Assembly: GCA_963666835.2 (NCBI GenBank)
Contig: CAXXGO010000006.1
Coordinates: forward strand, 192,001-256,000
Direction: 5' to 3'
Length of the DNA: 64,000 bases
DNA from: Phycisphaerae bacterium
GTDB taxonomy: Bacteria; Planctomycetota; Phycisphaerae; UBA1845
A program made the translations under genes and the position numbers. The notes beneath the pieces are model-generated. The model did not search any database, was not told the origin of the DNA, and was given only the letters and a program-made list of their open reading frames with translations. Positions 19,009-29,895 of the stretch are shown here, piece by piece; within the stretch, counting starts at the first letter, position 1, and the number at the start of each line of letters is the position of its first letter.

Positions 19009-20709
19009 TTACTCGGTCGGCTTCGCTGGTGACATCGCCTGCGCCACGCGCTCAATGGCCCGAAGGGGTACGTGAATGTCCACCCGCGCCGGCTGGCCGG
19101 AGAGGCTTGCCGAGACTGCAATGACCGGGCCTGGGCTCAGCGGGCGGATGTTCGGCTTGCCCATCGCCGGGCCCAGCAGCGGCACCATCGCGGCCGGGTC
19201 CAACAACACGATCGTGTTCCATTTCGCGGGAAGTGCTGCCAGGGCCTCCTTCACATAGCGCGACGCGGATAGCGGGCTGATTACCTTGGGCGCGAACGCA
19301 GCCTGGATATCAGTACTGGTACCCGTGCAGTACCGCACCCATTCGGCTCGAATGCCCAAAGCAAAGTGCGTATTCGCTCCAAACATCTCGGCCGCCGGGC
19401 TCCCCGCTTCGGCGGTCATTTCGTATTGCCGTACCGACGTCGATCCGATGGCAACCGGCCCGAGTGCCTTGTAGCTGACACCCTTGAAGTCGTTCAATAT
19501 GGGGTTATCCGCAACGAGGTACTCCCCGGTCAGATCTATAATCCTTTGCGGATTCGGCCCGATGTAATCTCCCAACGCCGTGGCCTGCTCACCCTTCATG
19601 GCCAGCAGGGCCGTGGTTCCCTCAATCGCTCGCAGAAGCTGCCGAGTCATCTCGGCGCTACGCTTCACCGCGGCGTCATCTACGGCCGGTGCCGCATCCG
19701 TGTCGCCCGGGGCGCCCATGGTCGGCGGCGCCTGGAGCACCTTTACGGCCTGGTCGACGAGAAAGTCAAGAAATGGCGACTCGACCCCGGGCATGTGATA
19801 CGCCATGGCTATTAGGTACGGTTGCTCTTCGAACTGGGCAAACGGCGCAATACTCGCGGGCTTCTGGTTCGCCAGGTACTTGCGGATCACCCCGTCCCGA
19901 TACCCCGTTGCGAGTGTGATGTCTGCAGCGTCAGTACCCAGGTCTGCCCTGATGTCGATATACGAGACTTGCTCGACAAACGCCTTCACGGCCTCGAACA
20001 GGCTGGTCAACCCCGCAGTGAGCAAGCTCGGGTCAGCTCCCCATTGTGGGGCCAGCGCCATAGCCATCATCGGGGCCATCTGGGCAGTCTGGGCAACGCT
20101 GGCCACCGCGTCCTGCCGCAACACGCCCATGTTGACGTGCATGAAGACATTACGCTCAGGTAGTCCGTCCGGTCGCAACTTCAGCGTTTCGGCCAAGTTG
20201 CCCTCTCCGGCGGTCGCCCTGCACAGCCCCGCCTCATCTTTGGCGACGAGTGCGTAACCGCCGACGAGTTTCGCGCGTACCTGCTCAGTTGCATCATCAC
20301 CCCGGGGAATCCGCCAGATGTCCCCGTCTTTGGTTGCCCCAGCGATCGCCCCGACCTTTTCGGCAAACCCCGGCACTGCGGCCCAGAACACCATCTTCTC
20401 GTCGGCTTGCCCGTCTTGGATCGTGGCAAGCGCGAACGGCTGTTTGAAGTCGATCAAATCACCGATCCCCAGATCTTCTTTGAGATCCAGTAGCATGGTG
20501 GGCCCATCGCTGTCGGGCTCGACCCGCTTTGCGAAGGCCTTGACGTTCCGATCCAACCGTTCAAGGTCCCTCACGACCACGGTGAACGGTAGATCGGCGG
20601 GAATCAGCCGCAGAAGGCCCGCAGCCGCATCCGGTTCGGCGGATAGCGCCTGCCCGGTCGCGACGCCAACGATGCACAGTAAGGCGAGGAGAGAGAGGCC
20701 GCTTTTCAT
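19009..20709 (-). CDS. Hypothetical exported protein
   Basis: Signal peptide and 566-aa ORF directly downstream of parB; GGAG RBS. Confidence 0.8.
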   Translation of the reverse strand: MKSGLSLLALLCIVGVATGQALSAEPDAAAGLLRLIPADLPFTVVVRDLERLDRNVKAFAKRVEPDSDGPTMLLDLKEDLGIGDLIDFKQPFALATIQDGQADEKMVFWAAVPGFAEKVGAIAGATKDGDIWRIPRGDDATEQVRAKLVGGYALVAKDEAGLCRATAGEGNLAETLKLRPDGLPERNVFMHVNMGVLRQDAVASVAQTAQMAPMMAMALAPQWGADPSLLTAGLTSLFEAVKAFVEQVSYIDIRADLGTDAADITLATGYRDGVIRKYLANQKPASIAPFAQFEEQPYLIAMAYHMPGVESPFLDFLVDQAVKVLQAPPTMGAPGDTDAAPAVDDAAVKRSAEMTRQLLRAIEGTTALLAMKGEQATALGDYIGPNPQRIIDLTGEYLVADNPILNDFKGVSYKALGPVAIGSTSVRQYEMTAEAGSPAAEMFGANTHFALGIRAEWVRYCTGTSTDIQAAFAPKVISPLSASRYVKEALAALPAKWNTIVLLDPAAMVPLLGPAMGKPNIRPLSPGPVIAVSASLSGQPARVDIHVPLRAIERVAQAMSPAKPTE

Positions 20710-20799
20710 CTGATTGCTCCATTGCTTGCGGTATTCGCAGGGCCGCCTGATCGCGTTTGCTTATGGCGTTGGTTCCGTCACTCCGCCCAGCGGTCAGAG

Positions 20800-21738
20800 T
20801 CACTCCATATCCACGCCGAGCAGGTTCGCGATTCGATCGAACTCATCGAGCGAAAAGTACTCGATCGTGATCCGCCCCGTGCCCTTCTTCTTCCCCTCCC
20901 GGAGCGTAACCTTCGTTCTGACAGCAGCTTCGAATCGATTCTGCAGGTCGAGGACGTGAGGTGACCGCGTTTCGGTGCGAGGGGTCGCCGGCGGCGGCCC
21001 CTGTCGGGTCTTCTCCCGGCGGACGATTTCCTCCAACGCTCGCACCGAGAGCTGATTGCTGATGACCGACTCCGCAAGCTGCATCAACCGCATGGGATCG
21101 TCCACGCCCAGGAGACATCGAGCGTGTCCCATGCTCAGCTTGCCGTCTGCCACCCGTCTCTGGACTTCGTCCGGCAGATCCAGCAGCCGCAGGTAGTTGG
21201 CCACGGTAGAGCGATCCTCACCCAGGCGGTGCGCTACCTCCTCGGCCTTTAACCCGAAGGCGTTGCAGAACTGCCGGTACGCGGCCGCCCGGTCTATGGC
21301 GTTCAGATCTTCGCGTTGGATGTTCTCAATCAAGGCCAGTTCGAGCATTTGCTCTTCGCTCGCCTCGCGGACAAGCACCGGGACGCGAGCCATTCCGAGG
21401 GACTTTGCTGCGCGCCAGCGTCGTTCGCCGGCGATTATCTCATATCCGCCTGCGACCGCTCGGACGGCAATCGGCTGAACCATGCCGCTCTGGCGAATAG
21501 ACTGTGCCAGGGACGCTATGTCAGCCCCATCCGCGTTGCTCCGTGGTTGGAACGGATTCGGGATCAGGTCATCGACGTCGAGCATGGTGGCTTTGACCGC
21601 CCCGAGTGCGTCCCCGCTATCGAGGACCTGCTCCGTATGAGGAACGACCACGCCCGGCATTTGCGGGGGCATTCCCGTGGCGAGGTTCGAGACCAGCGAA
21701 TCGAGCCCCCTTCCGAGGCGTCTGGTGATCTTGGGCAT
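20800..21738 (-). CDS. parB: Chromosome partitioning protein ParB/Spo0J
   Basis: RRLGRGL N-terminal peptide, PNPFQPR, IAGERRWRA, ALIENIQREDL, RSTVANYLRLL, GHAR. GGGAGG RBS. Confidence 0.95.
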   Translation of the reverse strand: MPKITRRLGRGLDSLVSNLATGMPPQMPGVVVPHTEQVLDSGDALGAVKATMLDVDDLIPNPFQPRSNADGADIASLAQSIRQSGMVQPIAVRAVAGGYEIIAGERRWRAAKSLGMARVPVLVREASEEQMLELALIENIQREDLNAIDRAAAYRQFCNAFGLKAEEVAHRLGEDRSTVANYLRLLDLPDEVQRRVADGKLSMGHARCLLGVDDPMRLMQLAESVISNQLSVRALEEIVRREKTRQGPPPATPRTETRSPHVLDLQNRFEAAVRTKVTLREGKKKGTGRITIEYFSLDEFDRIANLLGVDME

Positions 21739-21841
21739 GACGGGCCTCCCTGCTACGTCCTTCGTTCGATCGAAGATTGAGTTTGCCGATGTATAACACA
21801 CCGACGCCTGTTGGCAAGCGTGAAACACTGCGATTATCGGT

Positions 21842-21857
21842 TGTTTCACGTGAAACA
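21842..21857. promoter_or_regulatory. parS site
   Basis: Perfect consensus palindrome TGTTTCACGTGAAACA about 100 bp upstream of parB; half-site CGTGAAACA at 21819. Confidence 0.95.
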
Positions 21858-22588
21858 GCTTTGCGCATCTCTGCTGGCGGGCGTAAGGCGACATCCACGG
21901 CGGCGCGCGGCTGCGTATACGGGGGCGTAGGCGATTGTTGGTCAACACATCAACCGGCGCATCCGAGAGCGCCCGTTGCGCAGGCATAACGTCGCGCTGA
22001 GCCCGACCTACCCAGGATGGACTCTGAGCAGAAGCCACGCCGCGACCTGCTCAATCGGTTGGGCGTCGCTGTGTCGAAGTCAGGAAGGATGCTGCTGGCG
22101 GCAAGTCCGCCACGGGTGGCGGTCGCTCCCGGATCTACGTGTAGGGCATGGTCGAGGAACGAGACCTGCCACCGATTGCGGGCGTATCGTTATCAGCCTG
22201 CCAATGTGCAGGCAAGCCTATCTCTCGAGGTTCTGGCATGAGTTCGGCAATCGTGCGCTTTAATAAGACAGAGCCCCTCCGGCCAGGCCTTTCGACGCAT
22301 TCCGAGACTGCCCGGGCAGCCGAAACAAAAACGCACTTCATCGATGTCGCCTCTTCCGTTTCGTCAGCGTGGGTTCGGTTGCCGGGACCTCACAGCCGGC
22401 ACGCCGCCTCCTCCGTCCGTCAAACGGTCATCTACCGTTTACGTTTCCTGCTCTCACCGGTCCATACCATTGCCCTCCGCTCGAACACGCAATCTCGACG
22501 AGAACTGCGTATTACGAGTGGAGAACACAGCGGACAGGCGTAAGCTAGCGGGCAGGAATGCGCTATCCGGTGTTCCCTCGCGATACAC

Positions 22589-24382
22589 ATGAAGCCTTCC
22601 ACCGACTGCGGTAAGATCGTCGTCGTGAAAAAGGACGCAATCAACGAGGAAAAACCGCCCGAAGTGCCATTGTGTGGCACTAAACAGGGGCTGGGGTGGC
22701 GAAGTGTCGCACCGGTGGCACTGCTGGCTCTGGCCGTGCGCATGGGCTGGGCATGGTGGACGGCGGAAGTGCCCACAGGGCGTCACTTGGTGGGGGACGC
22801 AGCCGGTTATTGGGCGTGGGCCGAGCGGATCGCCGACGGGGCGTGGGGCGGAGATAAGGCCTTCTATCAAGCACCTTTGTATCCGTACGCCCTCGCCGTG
22901 GTGATGACATTGGGCGCAAAGAGCGTGGCGGCCGTCCGGGGAGTGCAAGCAGTATGGGGGGCGGTGGCGGTGGCGTGCCTGATGTGTGGCACTTGGAGGT
23001 TATTTGGGCGAAAGGCCGCCGTGGTCGCCGGAATCATGCTGGGCCTCTACATGCCGGCCGTGTTCTTCGACGGGATTGTTCAGAAGGCGTCCCTGGCAGG
23101 TGTGCTTACCGCGGCAGTGTTCGCGTTGACCGCGACGACGGGGACGAGGGGCAGGGCCGTAACCACCGCGGCCCTGGGAATCGTTGCCGGGGCACTGGTT
23201 TTGACACGCGAGAATGCGCTGGTCTGGCTGCCGATTCTTGGGCTTTGGGTCGGGGCCGGCAAGGGCAAAACGGGCGGCACGGTCGGACAGCGTGTTGGGC
23301 GACTGGCAATGTATGTGGTGGGGGCGACGGTTATACTGGCACCCGTGGCCGTGCGAAACAAGCTGGTCGGGGGAGAGTGGTCGATCTCGACGTTTCAGGC
23401 CGGCCCGAACTTTTATATCGGGAACCACACGGGCGCCGACGGGCGATATCAGCCGTTAGTCCGCGGGCACGAAACGCCGCAATTCGAGCGGGCAGACGCG
23501 ACGCGCCTGGCCGAGGCCGCCGTCGGAACGCCGCTGAGCAGCAAGCAGGTGTCAGAGTACTGGATGGCCCGGGCGCAGGAAGACATTCGCGCACACCCGG
23601 CCGGTTGGCTAAGACTGCTCGGGCGCAAGATGCTGATGGTGTGGAACCGGTACGAGGTCGGCGATGCTGAGAGCCTGTATGTCTACGCAAATCAATCACG
23701 AATATTCTCAGGCCTGGTATCGATCTGGCATTTCGGGGGATTGGTGCCGCTAGCGGCCGTGGGGATCGTGGCTACCTGGTCGCAACGTCGCCGGCTCTGG
23801 GTCTACTATGCGTTGATAGGCTCGATGGCGTGTGCCGTCGCGTCGTTTTACGTCATGGCCCGGTACCGCTTCCCGCTCGTACCGCTGCTAGTGCCGTTCG
23901 CGGCCGCCGGCTTGGTTGACGTGTTCCGGCTCATCGCCCGGCGGGCATGGCGGCCAATCGCCGGGCGGAGCCTTGTTCTGCTGCTTACCGGGGTGGTCGT
24001 GAACCTCCCCGTGCACCCCGAGGCTCGGCTCAACGCACTGGCCTATATGAACGCCGGCGTTGCGGAAGCGCAGGCCGGCGACCTTGCCGCGGCCACACCG
24101 TACTTCCGCCGGGCAGTGGCGGGTCATCCCGCATCCGCAGAGGCTCGGTACAATCTGGCGCAGGTGCTCGCCTTGCAGGGGAAGTACGCCGAGGCGATCG
24201 AGCATTATTTGGTGGCGCTCAGAGCGGGGCCGACGCTGACTGGAGTGGCCTATAACCTGGGCGTGGCCTACGAGCAGGTCGGCCGCCTGGATGATGCCCT
24301 AGCCCAATACCGCCGGGCCGTGGCGAACGACCCGGCCGACCGCGACGCCCAAGCGGCCCTTGCGCGACTACAGAACCGATAG
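22589..24382 (+). CDS. GT-C type (PMT/ArnT-like) membrane glycosyltransferase with C-terminal TPRs
   Basis: D...Y..WA, FYQAPLYPY, GPNFYIGN, RYRFP, many TM segments, and TPR motifs at the C-terminus. Confidence 0.85.
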   Translation: MKPSTDCGKIVVVKKDAINEEKPPEVPLCGTKQGLGWRSVAPVALLALAVRMGWAWWTAEVPTGRHLVGDAAGYWAWAERIADGAWGGDKAFYQAPLYPYALAVVMTLGAKSVAAVRGVQAVWGAVAVACLMCGTWRLFGRKAAVVAGIMLGLYMPAVFFDGIVQKASLAGVLTAAVFALTATTGTRGRAVTTAALGIVAGALVLTRENALVWLPILGLWVGAGKGKTGGTVGQRVGRLAMYVVGATVILAPVAVRNKLVGGEWSISTFQAGPNFYIGNHTGADGRYQPLVRGHETPQFERADATRLAEAAVGTPLSSKQVSEYWMARAQEDIRAHPAGWLRLLGRKMLMVWNRYEVGDAESLYVYANQSRIFSGLVSIWHFGGLVPLAAVGIVATWSQRRRLWVYYALIGSMACAVASFYVMARYRFPLVPLLVPFAAAGLVDVFRLIARRAWRPIAGRSLVLLLTGVVVNLPVHPEARLNALAYMNAGVAEAQAGDLAAATPYFRRAVAGHPASAEARYNLAQVLALQGKYAEAIEHYLVALRAGPTLTGVAYNLGVAYEQVGRLDDALAQYRRAVANDPADRDAQAALARLQNR

Positions 24383-24724
24383 GCATCGCGGCCCTCGAAC
24401 ACGCCCCCTCGGTGAGAGCTCGCCACGGTCGCGCAAGCAGGTAGGGTCCGCACTGCGGACCGCTGGACTTTGGCCCTTTTTGTCTAGAGCTAGTCTGGCT
24501 GTTGGGCCCGTGGGTCGGGCGAAGATCCCGGAGTTCCCGTGTATTATCAGGTTTCGGCATCTTGAGCTTGGTTTCTCTAACGGAAAAACGGGCACGCTCC
24601 CGATTGACCTGCGACTAGAGATCGAAGGCGTGATTCGGCAGGCGAAACGGACGGGCCCTGAGGTACGGAACCGCATGGGAGACAGGGATGCAGAATGCTC
24701 GACGCGAACCGTTCCCAGGGGCTC

Positions 24725-25272
24725 GCGTCCTCGTTGATCTACACATCTTTGCCGGGCGAGCGAAGCGTATCCGTCCGACTCCGCGGCGACGCATTCCCCA
24801 GCCTGACAAGCCGCACGCCGGCTCGGTATTCAGGCTGAAAGCCTGCAAGATAGTAGCCGGGAGCAAGGCCGCGCAGCGGCCGCCGCCCCCGGATGTGAGT
24901 CCAACAACCCGAATCACCCTGAAGGGTGAAAGAGGCGGCGTCGATGATCCGCGTGTCTGTTACGGCTGCCCAGCGCTTTTTGAGCGCGTCCGGGGGCGGC
25001 GTTCGGCGAGACACGCGCGTGTCACGTTCTCGTGCGATTCGGCCCATTGTAGCCTTGATGGCAGGTCTCGTGCCTCGACCATGCCCTACGGGGTTCCCGC
25101 GCGATCCCTGAAACCGTCCGCCGGCCCTTCGGGACGGGAGCACGTGGGAAGTGATCTCACCCACGGGTTCCGCTTCGCTCCACCCGCGGCTACTTGCCCA
25201 AAGTCCCTTCGGGACGGGTTACCGCACGACTGCCTAACGAGGTTAGTACCATTGGGCAGAGCCCGACCTACT
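24725..25272. repeat. Composite repeat: inverted copies of 14975-15205 and 3904-4170
   Basis: Direct comparison of reverse complements; contains family 1 (25060) and family 2 (25161) REPs. Confidence 0.8.
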
Positions 25273-25290
25273 TGGCTTCGGGATGGGCGG

Positions 25291-26997
25291 CTATACAGGC
25301 AGTTCTTCAAGCTGTCTGAGCACCAGGTCGATCAGCGGGGCGACGGTATCGTAGGAGAACTCGAACCGGGCTCCGGCGGTTTCGAACAGCTCGGGCAAGG
25401 GCCGCGAGCCGCCCAGGGCAAGGGCTTTCCGATAGCTCGCTACGCCGCGCACCCGATCTTCAAGGGCGTTTCGCCACACCTGCAAGGCGCCCAACTGGGC
25501 GATTCCATACTCGACGTAATAGAAGGGCACTTCGAACAGGTGCAACTGCCGCTGCCACGCGTAGGCGAGGGCCTCTTCATACCCGGCAAAGTCCGCGATA
25601 CCGCCGAAACGCTCGCGAAGTTGAAGCCACCGCTCCCGCCGCTCCTCCCGAGTGTGCTCGGGCTCGGAATACAGAAAATGCTGAAAGGCGTCGATCGTAG
25701 CCACCCAGGGGAAGATGGCGATGACCCCCTCGAGCTGGGCCCGCCGGGCCCGGGCGACGCCGTCCGCATCGTAGAACTCGTCCATACCTTCGAGGGAAAG
25801 TAGCTCCATGCCAAAGGAAGCGACCTCCGCGAATTCGATCGGGCTACTGCGGTAGGCCAGAATAGGATCATGCCGGGCAGCGTAGCAGTGAAAAGCGTGC
25901 CCGCCCTCGTGGACCATCGTGCGCACATCGCGCTGCAAACCGACGGCGTTCATGAAGATAAACGGATGGCGCGCCTCTTCGTAGTTCGCCTGGTAACCGC
26001 CCGGGGCTTTGCCCTTACGGCTGGCCAGGTCCAGATAGCCCCGCGTGTTCATCTCGTCGAACTGAGCCCCCAGCTCGGGGTCCACTCGGTGAAAGACCTT
26101 TGACACTTTCGCACAGAGTTCGTCGACGGTCTCGAACGGCCGGAGTGGGTCCCGCCCTTTCACATCGACGGCCAAGTCCCAAGGGCGCAGCCGGTCGACG
26201 CCAAGTGCGGCGCGGCGCTGATGCTGCATAGTCCGCAGAGCCGGGACCCCGGCCCGCTCCACTGCGTCGTGAAACGCCAGACAATCCTGAGGGGTATAGT
26301 CGAACCGCTCCTTGTCCTTGAAGGCATATTCGCGATAGTCGGTGCAGTCGGCCTGGCGGGCCATGCGATGGCGCAAGCGGATCATCTGATCGAAGATGTC
26401 CTCCAACGCCTCCACGTCCTGCAAGCGCCGCTGGGCCTCGACCTCCCACGCCTTTTGCCGCAGATCTCGATCGGTTCGCTCGGCATAGAGCCCAAGCTGC
26501 TGCAGGGTCTGCTCCTTGCCGTCGAACTCGACCATCTGCGCCCCGCAGATTTCCTGATACTGCTGACTCAGCTTCGCTTCTTCGGTTTGGAGCGGGACGT
26601 TCTCTTCGCGAAAGAGCTCCACGCGGGCGCGGATACTGCGGGCGAGCACTCCGTACCGCTCGGCAGGCAGCTCGGTCGCGGCCGGGTTCTCGGTGAACTT
26701 CACGTTAAGCGCGTGGCACCGTGGCTTGCACTGCGGTTCGATGTTCTCGATGAAGTCCAGAAACGCCGCCTTGCGTTCGGGGTCATCGGTCTGGCAGGTC
26801 ATCTTGACGTGCCGGTCGGTACCGATTTCGTCGATCGCGGCCAGCAACTCGCCGTAGTCGATCAGCCATTGCCCCAGCGCGTCGGTCGAATCGCAGGTTC
26901 GCTCTTGAAGCCGATCGAAGTAGGGTTCGATCTTCTCCCATGAATCCAGGACATCCTGCGCAGCGACGAACCGACGTGGGAATTGCGGATCAGGCAC
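25291..26997 (-). CDS. M3 family oligoendopeptidase (PepF-like)
   Basis: HEGGHAFH zinc motif, KAPGGY, EFAEVAS, PFYYVEY. Confidence 0.95.
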   Translation of the reverse strand: MPDPQFPRRFVAAQDVLDSWEKIEPYFDRLQERTCDSTDALGQWLIDYGELLAAIDEIGTDRHVKMTCQTDDPERKAAFLDFIENIEPQCKPRCHALNVKFTENPAATELPAERYGVLARSIRARVELFREENVPLQTEEAKLSQQYQEICGAQMVEFDGKEQTLQQLGLYAERTDRDLRQKAWEVEAQRRLQDVEALEDIFDQMIRLRHRMARQADCTDYREYAFKDKERFDYTPQDCLAFHDAVERAGVPALRTMQHQRRAALGVDRLRPWDLAVDVKGRDPLRPFETVDELCAKVSKVFHRVDPELGAQFDEMNTRGYLDLASRKGKAPGGYQANYEEARHPFIFMNAVGLQRDVRTMVHEGGHAFHCYAARHDPILAYRSSPIEFAEVASFGMELLSLEGMDEFYDADGVARARRAQLEGVIAIFPWVATIDAFQHFLYSEPEHTREERRERWLQLRERFGGIADFAGYEEALAYAWQRQLHLFEVPFYYVEYGIAQLGALQVWRNALEDRVRGVASYRKALALGGSRPLPELFETAGARFEFSYDTVAPLIDLVLRQLEELPV

Positions 26998-27166
26998 GAG
27001 GCGACTCCTCTTGTTGAGCGGCGAGCATCGCTGGAGGCAAAGAGCTCGGCGAACTCAGGACGACTCCCGCCCAGCCCCCCGGAAGAACTCGGTCAGGCAG
27101 CGCAACGAACTTCACCGGCGCGGGCGGTTATCAGGCCGCAACCGCGCCGGTGAAGACCGCGCAGCT

Positions 27167-28042
27167 TTATTCTGTTACGCGGGCGAAGGCCACGCCGGCG
27201 TCGGGTGCTCCGGCATCGGCCGTGGTGGGCGCGATGGTACCCGCGGGAACGAGGTAGATTTCGACCCGGCGGTTCTGGCTTGCCCCGGCCTGGGTCGAGT
27301 TATCCGCGATCGGCCGGTATTCACCGTAACCCATCACCCCGATGCGCTGCGGGCTGTATCCATCCTTACGAAGCACGGACGACACCGCAATGGCGCGATG
27401 CGCCGACAGGTGCCAGTTGGTGGGATGCTGCTCCTTGGTCTTCGGCTTGCTGATCGGACGGTTGTCGGTATGGCCTACCACGATCACCTCGAAATCAGCC
27501 GCGGCCGGCGACTTGAGGATCTCGCAGAAGCTGCTCAACGACTCCATCGTACTCTGCTTGACGACGTCGCTGCCCAAAGCGAACAGAAGATCCGATTTCC
27601 ACTTGACCGTTCCGCGTACCGGGTCGTAGGCAACGGCCGTGGGGTGCTCGTCGGCGAAGCGCTTCAACGCGCTGTCCAGTGAAGCCGGCAGCTTCGGAGC
27701 CGCGATCTGAATCGTGCTGGCGGTCTGCCGGTTGGCCAGGCCTTCAATCTCGCCTTCCAGCATTCGACGCATGTCGTCGAGCAGTTGATTCTCGCTCCGC
27801 AGATTGACGACGAGTTCATCCTTGTCCGCCAGTTCGCGCTCCAGGGAGGTTGCCCGGTGGCGCAAGGAGTCATTAAGACTCCGGGCGTCAAAGAGCTCCT
27901 GGCTTATCTGCTCCTTCTCGGCGATTACCGTCCGGTGCTGAGCCTGTAACCCGCGATACTGATTCAGGGATACGCACCCGCCCAAAGACGTGACCATCCA
28001 ACCACCCAACACCAAACTCGTCATCCATCCGCCACAGCGCAT
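27167..28042 (-). CDS. OmpA/MotB-family peptidoglycan-binding protein with coiled coil, probable lipoprotein
   Basis: LGGC lipobox-like signal, coiled coil, LLF..GS, GHTDN, NWHLSAHRA, GYGEYRP, NRRVEI. Confidence 0.9.
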   Translation of the reverse strand: MRCGGWMTSLVLGGWMVTSLGGCVSLNQYRGLQAQHRTVIAEKEQISQELFDARSLNDSLRHRATSLERELADKDELVVNLRSENQLLDDMRRMLEGEIEGLANRQTASTIQIAAPKLPASLDSALKRFADEHPTAVAYDPVRGTVKWKSDLLFALGSDVVKQSTMESLSSFCEILKSPAAADFEVIVVGHTDNRPISKPKTKEQHPTNWHLSAHRAIAVSSVLRKDGYSPQRIGVMGYGEYRPIADNSTQAGASQNRRVEIYLVPAGTIAPTTADAGAPDAGVAFARVTE

Positions 28043-28180
28043 CACTAGCCTCCTATGCCAAGTAACCGGGGCCACAGCGCGACGCATCCGCCACTCGATA
28101 ATGCCCGCCGGGCCAAAGCTCCGGGGCTGTACGCCCCGAGCTGAATTCGCTTATTTCCAGCCGGTTCGCGCCGCCGCGAC

Positions 28181-29143
28181 CTACTTGGACCGCCGGGCCA
28201 TGACGAAGGTCACGCCTCCGGCAATCACGGCCACCCCGAGCGCACCCGCCGTACACACCAGAAGGTTGGCGTAGGCGCCCTTGACCAGGGAAGGAACGAC
28301 CCCGCGCACCAGTGCCGCTCCCGCAAGTCCCGCGAACCACATGACCACAACCGCCACCGCCATGAACGCGGTGAGGGCGGCCGAGACGGCATCGCCGCCC
28401 TCTTCGACCATAACAACCGCAGCAGCCTGCGGCTTTGCTTTCGCCTTGGCGGGGGCTTCTTGTTCCCCTTCGATTCCGGTCGCCGTATCGTCGGCAAACG
28501 GCTCGCCGGCCTCTTCTTCGGCTTCAGGCTCCGCACCCGCCCGCGTATCTTCGCTTGCTTCGACGCCGCTATCGGCATCCTCGCCGGAGTAGATCTCTTC
28601 GAGCAACTCGGCGCCAAGGGAAGTGTCGTCACTCTCCTTGGTCAGATCGAGAATGCCCGAGCCGCTGCCTACTCCGTCCAAGCCACCGAGCCCGCCGAGG
28701 TCGGTCACGGCCGTCTGGGCGAGAGGATCGACCGACTCGTCCAGCTCGTCATCGTCGAATACATTGATGCCGACCGACGGGACGACGCTATCGCTCTTTG
28801 CCCGGCTGGCCGTGTCTTCCTTCCCGCCGATACTCGTGGTGCCGCCCGAGGTATCCGCCGAGTCCACTTCTTCCAGGCTGAGAATGTCGTCGTCGGCAGG
28901 GCTCAGCTCGATCCCAGAGTCTTCCGCCGGTTCCAGCACGACTTCGCCGCTCGCGCTTGCCGAACCGAGATCGATCAGCGAATCGCCCCCAAGCAGCTCG
29001 TCTACCTCTTCCACCTTGTAGCTAACGGATCCGGCGTCTCTGAATTCTCGCAGGGTGCCGGCGCGAACCAACTCCTTGATTTCGTCTTCCGTTTTGCCCA
29101 GCCGCTCGGCAGCCTCCGCCGCGGTATAGAACATTTTGGCCAT
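28181..29143 (-). CDS. HTH-domain protein with acidic disordered linker and C-terminal TM hairpin
   Basis: MAKMFYTAAEAAERLG...GTLREFRD HTH, D/E/S/G-rich middle, two C-terminal hydrophobic helices. Confidence 0.85.
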   Translation of the reverse strand: MAKMFYTAAEAAERLGKTEDEIKELVRAGTLREFRDAGSVSYKVEEVDELLGGDSLIDLGSASASGEVVLEPAEDSGIELSPADDDILSLEEVDSADTSGGTTSIGGKEDTASRAKSDSVVPSVGINVFDDDELDESVDPLAQTAVTDLGGLGGLDGVGSGSGILDLTKESDDTSLGAELLEEIYSGEDADSGVEASEDTRAGAEPEAEEEAGEPFADDTATGIEGEQEAPAKAKAKPQAAAVVMVEEGGDAVSAALTAFMAVAVVVMWFAGLAGAALVRGVVPSLVKGAYANLLVCTAGALGVAVIAGGVTFVMARRSK

Positions 29144-29186
29144 AGGTCTGAATCTCGTCCTCTGCCGGCACCCGCGGAACGGGGTG

Positions 29187-29642
29187 CTACGGCAACTCCC
29201 TCTCACTGGAATGCAGCCGATACTGCCGCTGATCCTCTATCATCTTCTCCACCGCCTCGGGCGGCAGATCACAAACATTGTAATTCTCCAAGTATCGATC
29301 ATAACGCCACGTCCGGGCCGCGGCCAGCCGCAAGCAGCCCTTCTGAGGCAGATACTCGTAGGTCCACATGGTCATCGCGTCGACGTCGACCACGTACACG
29401 CCGTAAGTCGACTTCGAAAGCTGCCCGGAGAACGCGAACACCCCGCGGCTGCCTCCGCTGGATATTGACTGGGCGAAAGCCGAGCCCGCAAACAGCGGAC
29501 CGGACCCGCCTTCGGGACGGACCGTCAGGACCACGGCGATAACAACCAGAGCCCCCGCGATCACCCAGAATACCGGGTGCGGTGACTGCCGCCGCCGAAC
29601 GGCTTGGATCGCCTCAGAGCTGTGCTCCGCCGGATCAGGCAT
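29187..29642 (-). CDS. Hypothetical membrane-anchored protein
   Basis: N-terminal TM segment and beta-rich domain ending LAAARTWRYDRYL; co-oriented with the downstream genes. Confidence 0.75.
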   Translation of the reverse strand: MPDPAEHSSEAIQAVRRRQSPHPVFWVIAGALVVIAVVLTVRPEGGSGPLFAGSAFAQSISSGGSRGVFAFSGQLSKSTYGVYVVDVDAMTMWTYEYLPQKGCLRLAAARTWRYDRYLENYNVCDLPPEAVEKMIEDQRQYRLHSSERELP

Positions 29643-29895
29643 ATTCAGTCACCAAGGCCCCCCCCAACAGCCCGAAAACCACGCCAACCGACGCCCCGCC
29701 GCAGCATGACCACAGTCGGCAGAACGCCCCACGGTGATTATAGCCCGGTCCCCCATCTCCACAAGCCGAGACGCTCGCCAAGACCGGTACGGATTGGGCG
29801 CTCGTGATTGACCTGCCGAACAAGCACGGGCATGATACGTGACGACACGCTGGGATTATCCAGGTACGGGGTCGTCTTGTCTGGGAACCATCTCC

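Noticed and set aside
24688..25803. 371-aa ORF, and other ORFs containing GLVPRP or RSRSSTMPY
   Set aside because: These are translations of the REP elements or antisense to real genes.
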